64,000 bases of DNA from Squalus acanthias (lineage: Eukaryota). The notes under the pieces were generated by a model. It was not told the origin of the DNA. It ran no database searches and saw only the letters and a program-made list of their open reading frames with translations. A program made the position numbers and the translations under genes. Location: assembly GCA_030390025.1 (NCBI GenBank), contig CM059432.1, positions 71,922,001-71,986,000 on the forward strand. The letters are read 5' to 3'. The stretch's first letter is position 1; each line of letters begins with the position of its first letter. Below, one piece after another: positions 13,658-25,914 of the stretch.

Positions 13658-14367
13658 GAGGAGAATTTTAACCACCAAAAACTGGTGGGTTTGGGTCGGG
13701 TGAGATGTAAAAAAAATTTAAAACTCAAACCCAAACCCAAGCTGCCTCGAACGCAGCCACTTCCGGTTTTAACAAAGACAGGAAGGGGAAGGGCAACCGA
13801 CCCATTCCCAGGAGACGGGTCGCTCTTTAAATAGTTTAATGAGGCTGCGTGCCTTAGATTTTATCTCCATTTTAGGTATAACCCGGCAGCTAAAAGGAGG
13901 TGAGGACAGCTGCATGGAAGAGGTAAGTGCCTTTCCAGCACTGCTTGTGGGCCAGGAGGAGCAGGAGTGCTTGCCCCCCAGCCCCCCAAGCTAACCTGCT
14001 TCCCTCCCCACGATTGAACCCTCCCCCACCCCCCCTCCCCACAATATCACTGACCCTCCCTCCCTGGCATCAGATGCCCCCACAATCACCGACCCCCCTC
14101 TCCCCCAATGATTGGACCCCCCCTGCAATCACCGACCCCCCCCAACTCTGCCCCCAATCTGTCTCCAACACCCTGTGATCACCTTCCGACACTACAAGCC
14201 ACTCTGTACCCACCCTCGCAATCTCCAGCAGCATGAAATTACCTGCTCCTGGGCTGGGGCCTCTGCTGCAGTGTTCCTGGCAATGACAGGGAGCCAAGCA
14301 TGTTAATCAACCAGAGCTCCTCCCACCACCCCCTACTTGGAAATATGCCCTATTAAATATCGCGGCC
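13658..14367. mobile_element. Non-autonomous Harbinger-like element, inverted relative of 15425-16046
   Basis: Left end GAGGAGAATTTTAACCACCAAAAACTGGTGGGTTTGGG aligns with the reverse complement of the 16046 end; flanked by ATA/ATA. Confidence 0.65.
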
Positions 14368-15424
14368 ATAAAACTACATTGAATGTACAGCACAGAGGCA
14401 GGCCAACCGGCCCAACTGGTGCATAATCGCACTGCTGCTCCTCCTGGCTGCATAGGAAGGTGCTTTTTTTTCATTTAAAACTTACCTTTGGAGGTCGGCC
14501 GCTGAAGTATCCTTAGTGGGGCAGGCCTGGTGCTTCACCTCATGAGGTGACCATTTTGTCAAAGAGGTCCTTTCTGAATTAGCTGATCTCACTTGAGGTA
14601 CAAGTTGGAACATTAGAACTGGCTATGAAGGGAAAAATCAGCTTGAGTTACTGCTCCTGATGGCTATCTGGAGATTCCTGTTGGAAAGTGCGCACTGTTT
14701 CAGTGCGACAGCGGACAAAGACATCGGTTCAGCTGATGGCAAAGCCCATGCACATGGCCCAATCCCTGTCGTGGGACAGAGCTGGAGGTGCAAGCTTGGT
14801 TGGAATTTGATGCCAGCCAGGCTTCACCTGCTGATTTTTCCACACAGGGCACGAGACCGTGCCAAGAGCAGGATGACAGAAGCGCCAAGGAAAGGGAGTG
14901 CCACATCTGTTGGGCACAACTGGTGGAATGCTGAGGTCCTGGAGCATCGGTAGGCACGGTGACAAGCCAAGTGCAGTGCGTCCAGTTATCACAGTGCGTT
15001 TTCAAGAGGAAGGAGTAATACAGAAGCGCAATATTTATGTCCGGTTTAGATTATAATTTGAATTCTGCGCTGCTGGCCCCAGTACACACAAGGCTGATAT
15101 TGGATTCAGCTGACTGTTTCTACAAATTACATGATGGTTTGGGCTATTCTGACTCCATCGTAGTGTCTCCCCACTTAAGAAAGAACAGTTTTCAAGGATG
15201 AATGTATGTTGAGAGATAGCTCAAGAGAAGCATTATTGTTTTTGATGTATCGAGGACAATAAGCTACAACACCCCATTAATTTATTCCTCAAAAACGTCA
15301 GATAGGGAGATGGCGAGTGCGGTTGGGACAATGTCAGGAATGCTTCGGCTGACAATGTTGAAATGTTGAGGTCCATAGTCCAAGATGTAATAAAGTTTGT
15401 TTTCGATGTGCTTGGAAACACATA

Positions 15425-16046
15425 GGCCGGAATTTTTACTTTTGGACCTGCCGGGAGCATCACGGACAGGTTCCCTGCCTGGAAGTCAGGCTGGCTTCCA
15501 GTCCGGCGGGGAATGCTGGACAAGGGGTCACAACCCCAGGTAGGTCTGATCCCGGGGATGGGGGGGTCCGATCCCAGGGAGGCTCCTATCTATGACACCG
15601 GGGGGGGGGAGGTCCAATCCTCTAACCAGGCAGGGGGGGTCCGATCCCGAGGGGAGGTTCGATCCCTGATCCCGAGGTGGCATTTGTATGGGGGTGGCGT
15701 CTGATGGTAGGGGAGCTTGGGGAGCCGGAAGGAAGCACTCCTGCTCCTCTTGGCCCACAAGGACTGCTCCCCAAGGCTGTCCTCGCCTCATTGCAGCTGC
15801 CAGGAATCCCGAGGCTCGGGAATCCCAGCCGGCCACAATTAAACCTGGTTAAATCAGAGGCTTTCAGCCTTATTATCGTATTTAAAGTGCCAACCCGCCT
15901 CCTGGGAGCCGGTTGGCTGCCCGTCCCCCGTCCCGCCTCCTTAAAATGGGTTGGAGGTGGGTTGGAGTCGGGATTCAGATTTTTAACACTTTAACCTCCC
16001 ACCTGATCCCAACCCACCCGTATTTTTTAGGGTTAAAATTCCCCCC
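15425..16046. mobile_element. Non-autonomous Harbinger-like element
   Basis: Ends GGCCGGAATTTT / AAAATTCCCCCC; TSD ATA (15422-15424, 16047-16049); GC-rich core. Confidence 0.75.
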
Positions 16047-17428
16047 ATAGAGGTAGCAATCAATGAGAAATACATAGGTCTTGTATTAACATAATCATCT
16101 CTGCACACAGATATCAGTGACCGCATTCAAGACTCAGTTGTGACATCAGTACAAAGACATGAAAATAGGGGTTGATTTCCAAGTCACGATCAGCCCACTG
16201 CTGGTAACTATTTCTGGGCAAGTGAAAGGTGAAGCACCCCAAAGTAAGCAGGCCTCCACAGCCAGAGTAGGACAAGCTTTTCTTGACACGTAGGCAGGAC
16301 CATCTGGATCGAGAACATGTGAAGCTAGGAACGTAGGCAGCCAGTGAATCACAAGAAAGTCCTCAGGAGACCTCTCGGCATGTGACCACAGCTGCTCTTT
16401 CCAATAGAGCATCATTTAAAAGTAGTGCAGCACAAGGAATTCAGTGTACCAGTTCATGAAGCACAAGAAGACAACATATCATGTTAGATTTCCAGCATCC
16501 GCAGTATTTTGCTTTTGTTATCATGTTAAGCATATTACCTTAATATGAACCCCTGTTACACTGCTCAGTGAAGCTTTGGGCACTGGGTGGGGCGTTAAAG
16601 AGGTTCATATTTCCTTAATAAAAGCAAATGCTGAACACTGTAAAGTTTGAAGTTGGGCTTTAAATGTTAAAGTAATGTAAATAAAAAAAGTCTTGCGCAT
16701 AAAGGGTAGAAAAAAACACGTATTTAGTCTATCCACGTAATTGTATTCCCTCATCCCTGCAACCATTCAAGTACGTTCTGTACCTTCTCCAAAGCCTTCA
16801 TGTCCTACCTAAAGTGTGGTGCCCAGAATTGAACACAATACTCCAGCTGGGGGCGAACCAATGTTTTATATAGGTTTAGCATAACTTCCTAGCTTTTGTA
16901 CTCTATGGGCAGAATTTTCATTGACCCGTGGAGGCGGGTTTGGAGGCGTGTGGGGGGTTAAAATTGCGAAAACTGGCGGGCGGGCACAGGCCCGCCTCCA
17001 TCCCGCCTCCACGCAATTTTCATTAAATCGTGTCTGCTGGTCCCGACTCCGTCCCGCCTCCAAGAGGCGGGATAGGCCATTAAGGCCCTGAACAAGCACT
17101 AAATTGCCTCTATAATGCCATTTTGAAAGGCCTTTGTGATTTTAACCCTTTTTCCACGTGAAGCATGCCTGTTCTGAACCATGAATGTGAAACCTGGCAT
17201 TTGGATTGCTGACTATCAGCTGCAGCTCAACCATGAAATAGGAGATGTGATCAGCCATCATTTGCAGTTGGCAGGACTTTGTTGTCTGAGGTCTGGGGGA
17301 ACTTTTATATGGCATAACCACAGCTGTGGAAGTTTGGAGCCTGACACCCATCTCCAGTGTGACCTCCTGGGAAACCCCTCTCGCCACCTTGACTGAGCGC
17401 TTCCTCAACTGAGACATATACCAGAAGC

Positions 17429-17650
17429 ATGGGAACCATTTATTTCCTTTCCTCCTGGACATCAGATTTGGACGAAGACCAGCCGTGGCAGCAGCAGAAC
17501 CATGAACAACAGCATTACCAGCAGCAGCAGCATCAACAGGAGTGCCAAGCTGCTCCTCACCCAGCTGAAGCTGCACAGGCCAGAAGGCGCCAGCGCGCGA
17601 CCACATTGCTGCCCAAGATGCAAGGGATGCACTTGACCAGATTTGCTTAG
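17429..17650 (+). pseudogene. Harbinger transposase with the catalytic core deleted (Q-rich N-terminus fused to the last codons)
   Basis: MGTIYFLSSWTSD..Q-rich matches the N-termini at 29341(-) and 60045(+); it ends TRFA*, like the ARFA* C-terminus at 28077. Confidence 0.8.
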
Positions 17651-17908
17651 CCTGCACAATCAAACACTTTTGCCTCGCACCTTCTTATCAGACCATCGAC
17701 AATGGCCAGGAACCTGCGGATTCCTATCACTCTGACCACCATACTGACAATTGCAAGTCATCCTAAGCCCTCAATGTGGAAGTCCCATTTGTGAAATGAC
17801 AGACGCCACAGCTTCAGCAGTTTGCCAGCAGAATTTTTAATCACACCAAGCAAGTGCTGGCATTTCAAGATTAAACACAACATTACACCCAAGTGACTAC
17901 CCTTGTGA

Positions 17909-19850
17909 CTACTTGTGCATTATTTTTCTTTTACGCATGCTCCTACATGGTGCTTCCCCTGTGGAGGCCCCTTGCTCACTTTCTTGCTGCTCCTGCCTCA
18001 ACACCTTTGGCGGGCGTCCTCTGGGGTTGCGAGCCTGTGCGGGCTCGGCAACAGTCTGTTGCTCCTGCGGCTGTGCAAGGGTTGAGACGCCGATTTCAGT
18101 TGGGTGAGGACTCTGGTGGGGCTCTGACCGAGGGCTTTGCAGTGGCTTGGTCGTGTGAGCGCTTGGAGAGGAGCCCCCACTTCCTTGTTGTCTGCCACCA
18201 ACATTCCTCTCATGGGTCAGCCCCACCTCAGCGCTTGCAAGTGGATTGAGAGCACCTTGCTGCACATCAGGGGGGCCATGAGGACCCGTAAATGCACTGG
18301 AAATCCTACTCAGAAGGACTTCCATGAAGGTCTGGTTTCTGTGTTCAATAGATGACCATCGCTCCTCAAGAGATGCCAGTCTATTCTGAACAATGACCAT
18401 GTTTTCTACACTCTGGTGACTTATCTCCGTAGCCATCCTCTCCTCTACTGTAGCCATCCTTTCCACGGAGGTTGCCATCCTTTCCGTGGTGATGCGTTCA
18501 TGCGCCAATGACTCCACAAAGGCTCTGCTCATGTTCGCTATGGACTCCTCCATTCGCTCCACACTCGCAGTGACCCTGGAGACAAAACCTGCCAGAGACT
18601 CCTGCATCTGTTCCTGGAGTTCCAGCACCGCTGATCTTATGGATGGACCCAGAGGCAGAGGGTCGACATGTAGCTGAGCCGAGCTAGGAGAGTCCTGCGC
18701 CCTCCGACTAGGACTCTCCACTGCTGTCCCTGTCTCCACTATCTGCTGATGCTCACTTGTGAGCTGTGATACACCAGGTGACAACACTACTCTATCTCGC
18801 GATGTTCCCTCCTAGGTGTGAGTGTCTGCACTGGTGCTGGGTGCGCTGAATTCTGCTGACGCGGCGCCCTCAGAGGTTGCAGCTTCCTCTGAGGAGTGGT
18901 GAGGCTCATGCTCTTCCTCCTGGACGGTGGGGACGGCTGCTCGCGATGGTCCTGGGGGGGAGTAAAGGAAAGAGTCAGAGATGTGAGTCCAAGGTTACAT
19001 GCACATTGCATATTGCAGATGATCATAAGTCAGTCTGCTGCAGCATCAGAATCATTATCAGTGACTCATGCAATGTCAATGAGAGAGATGATAAACTATT
19101 CTGGCACCAGCTTGCTCTGATGCACCCATCTGTCCGTCCCCCACTTGCACATCCTCCTCCACTCCCATGATCTCCAGGACCGCCTCCTCCCAGGTGGTGA
19201 GCTGGGCTACTGAGGGTGGCCCTCCTCCTGTCCTCGCTCTTTCCCTCTTATTGTGAGCTCTCTTTTCCTGCAATGAGGGAGACAAGTGGAGTTTGAGTGA
19301 GAATGAAGGAGTGAGTGTAGAGAATCTATATCATTGATGGTTAGAAGGAGACAAATTCGGAGTGAGGTGGCAAGACCATGGGCCCTCCCTGTGTGTTGTA
19401 AGTTGTTTTCATAGCATCACAGCGATAGGGAGTGTGAGGGCTGCATAGTCGAATAGTTAGGTGAATGTGACCATACAGAGAGAGGGAATGGGTAAGGGTG
19501 CAGGGATGTCAGTGTCAAGTGGGATGTGGAGGAAGAGGTTGTCAAAGCTGAGTGCTGGTGAGGAGAGGCAATGGGGATCAGAATGAGGGTGATGGGAAAT
19601 TCATACTCACTTTTCCATTGCGTAGCAGGTCATGAAACCTCTTCCTGCACTGAAGCCAGGTTCTGCGGGTTATGGACAACGAGTTGACCTCCTCTGCCAC
19701 CTGGATCCACACAGCCTTGGTTTGATGGGAAGGCTTCTTCCTCCCTGAAGAAGGGAAGAGCACCTCCTTATTAGCTCTGGCTCCCTCAATTAAAGCTTGC
19801 AGGGTGACGTCATCAAATCGAGGTGCAGACCTAGGTCTCTGGCTGGCCAT
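17909..19850 (-). pseudogene. 3-exon Myb/SANT-like (NAIF1/MSANTD-type) Harbinger gene: exons 19850-19611, 19267-19108, 18951-17909; one TAG at 18812-18814
   Basis: APRFDD..L..LIE..W..VAEEVN..RTWLQCRKRFHDL; exon 2 EKRAHNKRERARTGGG; GT/AG junctions keep frame (phase 0, then phase 1). Confidence 0.85.
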
Positions 19851-21238
19851 TCTTCCTGCAGGTACCTCTAACATGCAAAGGCAGAAGCTTGGCAGTCTGC
19901 AGAGGAAGCAAGGCTTGTTGCAGACCTTAAATGCTGCAGCAATGATGACGTCATTGGAAGCGACTTTCAGACTGGAAAAACTCACTGGCCATGGGTTCCC
20001 ACACGTTGGAACTCAATTGGCCAATTATGTTAAAATCGCATCAATCTCCCACGTCGATTTAGATTCGGGTGGCTAACATGAAATGCGGATTACACGATCC
20101 CAGCCCGCCCATGAATCAAAATCCAGCCCTATGCCTCTATTTATAAAGCCCAGGATCCCATATGCTTTTTTAACTGTTTTGTTAACCTGTCCTGCCACCT
20201 TCAAACATTTGTGCAAAAGCACCCCCAGGTGTCTCTGTTCTTGCACCCCCTTTAAAATTGCACCATTTAGCATGTATTGTCTCTCCTCATTCTTCAAACC
20301 AAAATGTATCACATCAAACTTCTCTGCGTTGAATTTCATCTGCCATGTGTCTGCCCATTCCACCAGCCTGTCTATGTCTTCTTGAAGTCTATTACTATCT
20401 TCCTCACTGTTTACTACACTTCAAAGTTTCGTGTCATCTGCAAATTTCTAAATTGTGCCCTGTACTCCCAAGTCGAAGTCATTAATGTATATCAAAAACA
20501 GCAGTGGTCCTAGTACTGAACCTTGGGGAATGCCACTGTATACCTCCCCGTCTGAAAACCAGCCATTCACCACAACTCTCTGTTTTCTATCGCTTAGCCA
20601 ATTTTGGATCCAATCAAGTAAGTCAAACATGATTTGCCCTTAACAAATCCATGCTGGCTCTCCTTTAAGAGTCTATGCTTGTCCAAGTGGCTGTTAATTT
20701 TCTCCTGGATTATTGTTTCTAAAAGCTTCCCCACCACCAACGTTAAACTGACTGGCCTGTGAATTCCAGGTTTATCCTTCTCCCCTTTTTTGAACAAGTG
20801 TGTAACAGTTACAACCCTCCAGTCCTTTGGCACCACCCCTGTATCTAAGGAGGATTGGATGATTGTGGCCAACACCTCCGCAATTTCTACCCTACTTCCC
20901 TCAGCAACCTAAGATGCATCCCATCCGGACCGGGTGACTAATCCACTTTAAATACCGCCAGCCTGTCTACATAAGAACATAAGAAATAGGAGCAGGAGTA
21001 GGCCATTCGGCCCCTCGAGCCTGCTCCGCCATTCAATAAGATCATGGCTGATCTGATCTTGGCCTCAACTCCACTTTCCTGCCCGCTCCCCATAACCCTT
21101 GACTCCCCTGTTTTTCAAAAATCTGTCTATCTTCACCTTGAATATATTCAATGACTCAGCTTCCACAGCTCTCTGGGGTTGAGAATTTCAAAGATTCATG
21201 ACCCTCTGAGAAAAGAAATTTCTCCTCATAGAGTCATA

Positions 21239-21893
21239 GGGGGAGAAATTTAGTGCCCAGGAAAAATTAGCGCCCCCTCGGCCGAAATTGAGTGGTAGCG
21301 CCCCAAGAGGGATGTGGGGCGCTTCCATTAGCACCCCACTTCCCTCTTGGGGCGCTGCGAGGGAATATCGTGGCGCTACGTGCCGCGGTATTGCAGGCCT
21401 TCCTCCCCTTCTTAAAGGGGAGGGGTCTTGTGCAGCGCGACCCGGGGCCCAGCTGGCCCACCGGGGATCGGAGTGCCAGCAAAATAGCCCGGCATTCAAG
21501 AGAAGTGCCAGGCTCATGGAGCGCAGCCGGCACTCCGCTGGGGGGCGGGTCAGGAAGCCGGGGACGGGAGTGGAGGCAGGTGCTGGCAGGCGGCCAGCAT
21601 CAAAAATGGCCGCCCGGCACCTCGCCTTTAAATAGCGCCGCCCCGGCTGCAGGTAGGCCCCCCTGACCCCGTCGGACATAGCGTCCGGTGGTAAGTCAGG
21701 GGGCGCTACCGAAGTTCGTGAGTGGGGCGCTGCACACGGCGATGACATCATCGTCGGTAGCGTCGCAGGGCGCTACCGGTTACCGCCGCCGCTAACCTCC
21801 CGCTGAATTTCGCGGGAGGCGTTGGCGGTGCTGCGCCCGGGCGCTAGTTGCTTTGCGCTAACAGGAGGCGCAAAGCAACCAAATTTTTCCCCC
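21239..21893. mobile_element. Harbinger MITE (GC/CpG-rich), same family as 47283-48020
   Basis: TIRs GGGGGAGAAATT / AATTTTTCCCCC; TSD ATA (21236-21238, 21894-21896). Confidence 0.92.
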
Positions 21894-21904
21894 ATAGAGT
21901 CACA

Positions 21905-23367
21905 GGCCACGATTTTGCCGGCGTTCAGAGGGCAGAGTTGGAGGCGGGTCAGAGGTTAAAGTCATTTTGATTGACGGCGGGTTCCGAACTTGCCGTAATC
22001 CCACCTCCACACAACCTTCCCAAGTGTCGGTCCCCGATTTGCGAATGGACCCGACACCTAGCGGCGGGAAACGGATTAAAGGCAATTAACAGCCTATTAA
22101 CAGGTACTTGTGAGCAGTTTTCAGGGTCTTTTTCGATTTTCCAGCTTCTGGGTCGGGTTTCACGACGTCCGGACAACATGCCAGGTTAAGTGTGGCGTGT
22201 TGTGAGTCTGGACTGATGTTTGTGAAAAGATGACAGCTGCAGAAGTGATGTCAAGGATGCCATGTTGCACATGGTGAGTTTCAGAGCAAAGAAAGTGTTG
22301 GTTACTGCATTTTTAATACATATACAGATTTCTTTAGCTTACAAGTTTTTAAATCCAACTGTATGTCCAGTGCTACCTCATTGGGAGAACCTCTCTCACC
22401 AGTGACAGATTGCTTCTGTCATCTCACCTGCAGCTGCCATCTATTCCAGCAACATCGGAGCCAATGAAACAATCAGACCTTGGTCCTCCGAATCCTTCCA
22501 CAATCATCCCCAACACCGACATCACCAAACTCATCAACAAACTTCGCTGTCATCACCTGATGCTGCACTGGACACAGGACATCAGCCCCTGACAAAATGC
22601 TGGCCAGGAGGCCAGCGATGGCATCACCATGGTCAGACTTTCTTCACTTGATGCTGAAAACCCTGGCTGCCACATGATGCGCCAGGTTGACACCATCCCA
22701 CACCAGCACCGTGAAGCATCCCTTTAATGCCCAAGCCATTCCATGCACACACATCACTATAGCGGGGCGGGGGGAGGCGGGGGAGTTGTGGCTGAACAAT
22801 CACAGGACCTCAGTAAGACACTTCTCAATGTGTACTCAGATCTGTCCAATAAGGGGCACATTTTGAAAAAGAGATTTCACTGAATGACAACACATTACCA
22901 TAAACTTCACATGGACATTGGCTAAACCTCTCAATTGCCCACCCTTGTGTGTTGTTAGTTGGTATGCTTGTAGTAGAATGAGGGTGAGTGTGAGGGGTGG
23001 CTAGTGAGATGGGGAAGTGATAAAGTAGATAGAGAGGGTTGGGTGGAGGTGCAAGGTAAGTTGGTGTCCTGGGGAGGTCTCTTCCATACTTGGAAGGGAA
23101 GAGAACTTCCCTGCTTACTGTGACTTTCTCCATAAGCATACGGAGGGAGTCATTGGAGAGCCTGGGTGCAAGAGTTCACCTTTGTGCAGTGATTGTCAGT
23201 GTTTTCAGCACCTCAATGCTGTCAAACACTGAAAAATCAACTGTCAAAATAAAATTGTGCATGGTCCCTTTAAGGAAACCGGCAGATGACGCGTCATCAA
23301 ATGATGTCATCAGACCCGCTTCCTGGAACCCGGAAACCATCCCGACACCGATGAGAAAATCGCGGCC
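21905..23367. mobile_element. Non-autonomous Harbinger carrying Myb exon 1 remnants
   Basis: TIRs GGCCACGATTTT / AAAATCGCGGCC; flanks ACA/ATA; minus-strand MEKVTVSREVLFPS remnant; left end aligns with 59507. Confidence 0.85.
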
Positions 23368-25914
23368 ATAGAGTCATACGGCACAGAAGGAGGCCATTCG
23401 GCCCATTGAGCCTGTGCCAGCTCTCTGTAGAGCAATCCAGTCAGTCCCACTCCCCCGCTCTATCCCCGTAGCCCTGCAAGTTTATTTCCTCAAGTGCCTA
23501 TCCAGTCTCCCCTTGAAAACATTGAGTGTCTCCGCTTCCACCACTTCTGTCGGCAGCGAATTCCAGGTCATCACGACTCGCTGTGTAAAAAAGTTTTTCC
23601 TCACGTCCCCCTTGTATCTCTTGCCCAAAACCTTAAATCTGTGTCCCCTAGTCCTTGTACCATCAACTAGTGGGAACAGCCTTTCCCCATCTAGCCTATC
23701 CAAACCCGTCATAATCTTGTACACCGCTATCAAATCACCCCTCAACCTCCTTTGCTCTAATGAAAACAAATCCAGCTTCTCCAACCTGTCCTTGTAGCTA
23801 AGATCCCCCATCCCCAGAACCATTCTGGTAAATCTCCTCTGCACTCTCTCAAGTGCCTTCACATCCTTCCTAATGTGTGGTGACCAGAACTGGACGCAAT
23901 ACTCCAGTTGTGGCCTAACCAGCACTTTATAAAGGTTCAGCATAACTTCTCTACTTTTGTACTCAATACCTCTATGTATGAAGCCCAAGATCCATATGCT
24001 TTGCTAACCACTCTCTCAATATGTCCTGCCACCTTCAGGGACCTATGCACATTAACTCCCAGGTCCCTCTGTCCCTGCACACTCTTTAAAACTGTGCCAT
24101 TAAGTATATATTGCCTCTCTCTGTTCCTTCTGCCAAAATGCATCACCTCACACTTCTCTGTATTAAATTCCATCTGCCACTTGTCTGCCCATTCTGCTAG
24201 CCTTTCTATGTCCTGTTGCAGTCGATTGGTATCATCCTCACTGTTTGCCACACCCCCAAGTTTGGTGTCATCGGCAAATTTAGAAATTCTACTCTGTATT
24301 CCAATATCCAGGTCATTTATATATATCAAAAAAGCAGTGGCCCCAGCACTGACCCTTGGAGAACACCACTGTCTACCATCCTCCAGTCTGAAAAACAGCC
24401 ATTTACCACAACTCGCTGTTTTCTGTCCTTTAAGCCAATTCCTTATCCAAACTGCCACTGTTCCACTTATTCCATGAGCCTCAATTTTGTTAACCAGCCT
24501 TCTATGTGGTACTTTGTCAAACGCCTTCTGCAAATCCATGTAGACAACATCCATTGCATTCCCTTCATCAATCCTCTCTGTTACTTCATCAAAAAATTCA
24601 ATTAGATTAGTCAAACATGATCTGCCTTCTACAAATCCATGTTGGCTCTCCTTAATTAGCTTAAAACTCTCCAATTGCCCGTTAAGTTTTTCCTTGATTA
24701 TTGTTTCTAAAACTTTACCCACCACTGATGTTAAACTGACCAGCCTGTAGTTACTAGGATTGTCCTTACCCCCTTTCTTGAGCAATGGTGTCACATTTGC
24801 CACTTTCCCATCCTCAGGCACCTCCCCCGCATCTAAGGAAGATTGGAAAATTATGGCAAGCCCTTCCGCTATCTCCTCTCCCAATTCCCTTAGCAACCTG
24901 GGATGCAAGCCATCTGGACCAGGTGACTTGTCCACTCTAAGCATATCCAGACTTTTTAGTACACCCTGTCTATCAATTTTCACCCCTTCCATTGCTTCTA
25001 CCTTTTCCACTTCTACCGATATTCATCTCCATTTTAAATGGGCGAACCCTTATTCTGAAACTATGCGCCCTAGTTCTAGATTCCCTCACAAAGGGAAACA
25101 TCCTCTCAGCATCTACCCTGTCATGCCCCCTCAGAATCTTATATGTTTCAATAAGATCACCTCTCATTCTTCTAAACTCCAATGAGTATAGGCCCAACCT
25201 GCTCAACCTTTCCTCATAAGACAACCCCTTCAACTCAGGAATCAACCTAGTGAACCTTCTCTGAACTGCCTCCAATGCAAGTATATCCCTCCTTAAATAA
25301 GGAGACCAAAACTGTACGTAGTACTCCAGGTGTGCTGTCACCAATGCCCTGTACAGTTGTAGCAAGACTTCCCTACTTTTATACTTCATCCCCCTTGCAA
25401 TAAAGGCCAACATTCCATTTGCCTTCCTAATTACTTGCTGTACCTGCATGCTAACTTTTTGTGTTTCCTGTACGAGGACACCCAGATCCCTCTGTACCGC
25501 AGCATTCTGTAGTCTCTCTCCATTTAAATAATATTTTGCTTTTTTATTCTTCCTACCAAAGTGGATAACCTCACATTTTCCCACATTATACTCCATCTGC
25601 CAACTTTTTGCCCACTCACTTAACCTATCTATATCCCTTTGCAGACTCTTTGGCCGCAAATTTAATTAAGGAGGCGGCTTGGAGTCGGGTTGCCAGGTGG
25701 GCGGGTTCCGGGCCCGCTGCCGGTTGCAGCTGCTCCCGAATTGAAATTTTAATTTAATTAGCCCCTTAAGTGTGCGCTGGCCGGTCCAATGACTGGGATT
25801 GGGTCTGTTAGTCGCCTCTGATGACGTCATTGGTGCAGATGTTTTTAAGGGGCCCATGCAGCCTCAGCCTTTCATTTCTCGTTTCTGCTGGTGTCTGAAT
25901 GTGCCAAGGCCGCA

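Larger units (their letters stand above)
16907..20129. mobile_element. Harbinger element with a deleted transposase and near-intact Myb-like gene
   Basis: TIRs GGGCAGAATTTT / AAAATCCAGCCC; TSD TAT (16904-16906, 20130-20132). Confidence 0.92.
21230..25022 (-). mobile_element. 5'-truncated CR1 with an (AGTCATAG)n tail, inserted into the 20970 CR1
   Basis: RT ORF 23937-25010 and C-terminal ORF 23482-23988; the tail is split by two Harbinger insertions; short TCAT duplication at the junctions. Confidence 0.88.

Noticed and set aside
14660..15005. Host exon from overlapping 87-101 aa ORFs
   Set aside because: No recognisable domain and no convincing splice pair.
21188..21751. Protein-coding ORFs in the GC-rich MITEs (also 47317-47951)
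   Set aside because: Stop-poor GC-rich sequence; frames are not conserved between the two copies.
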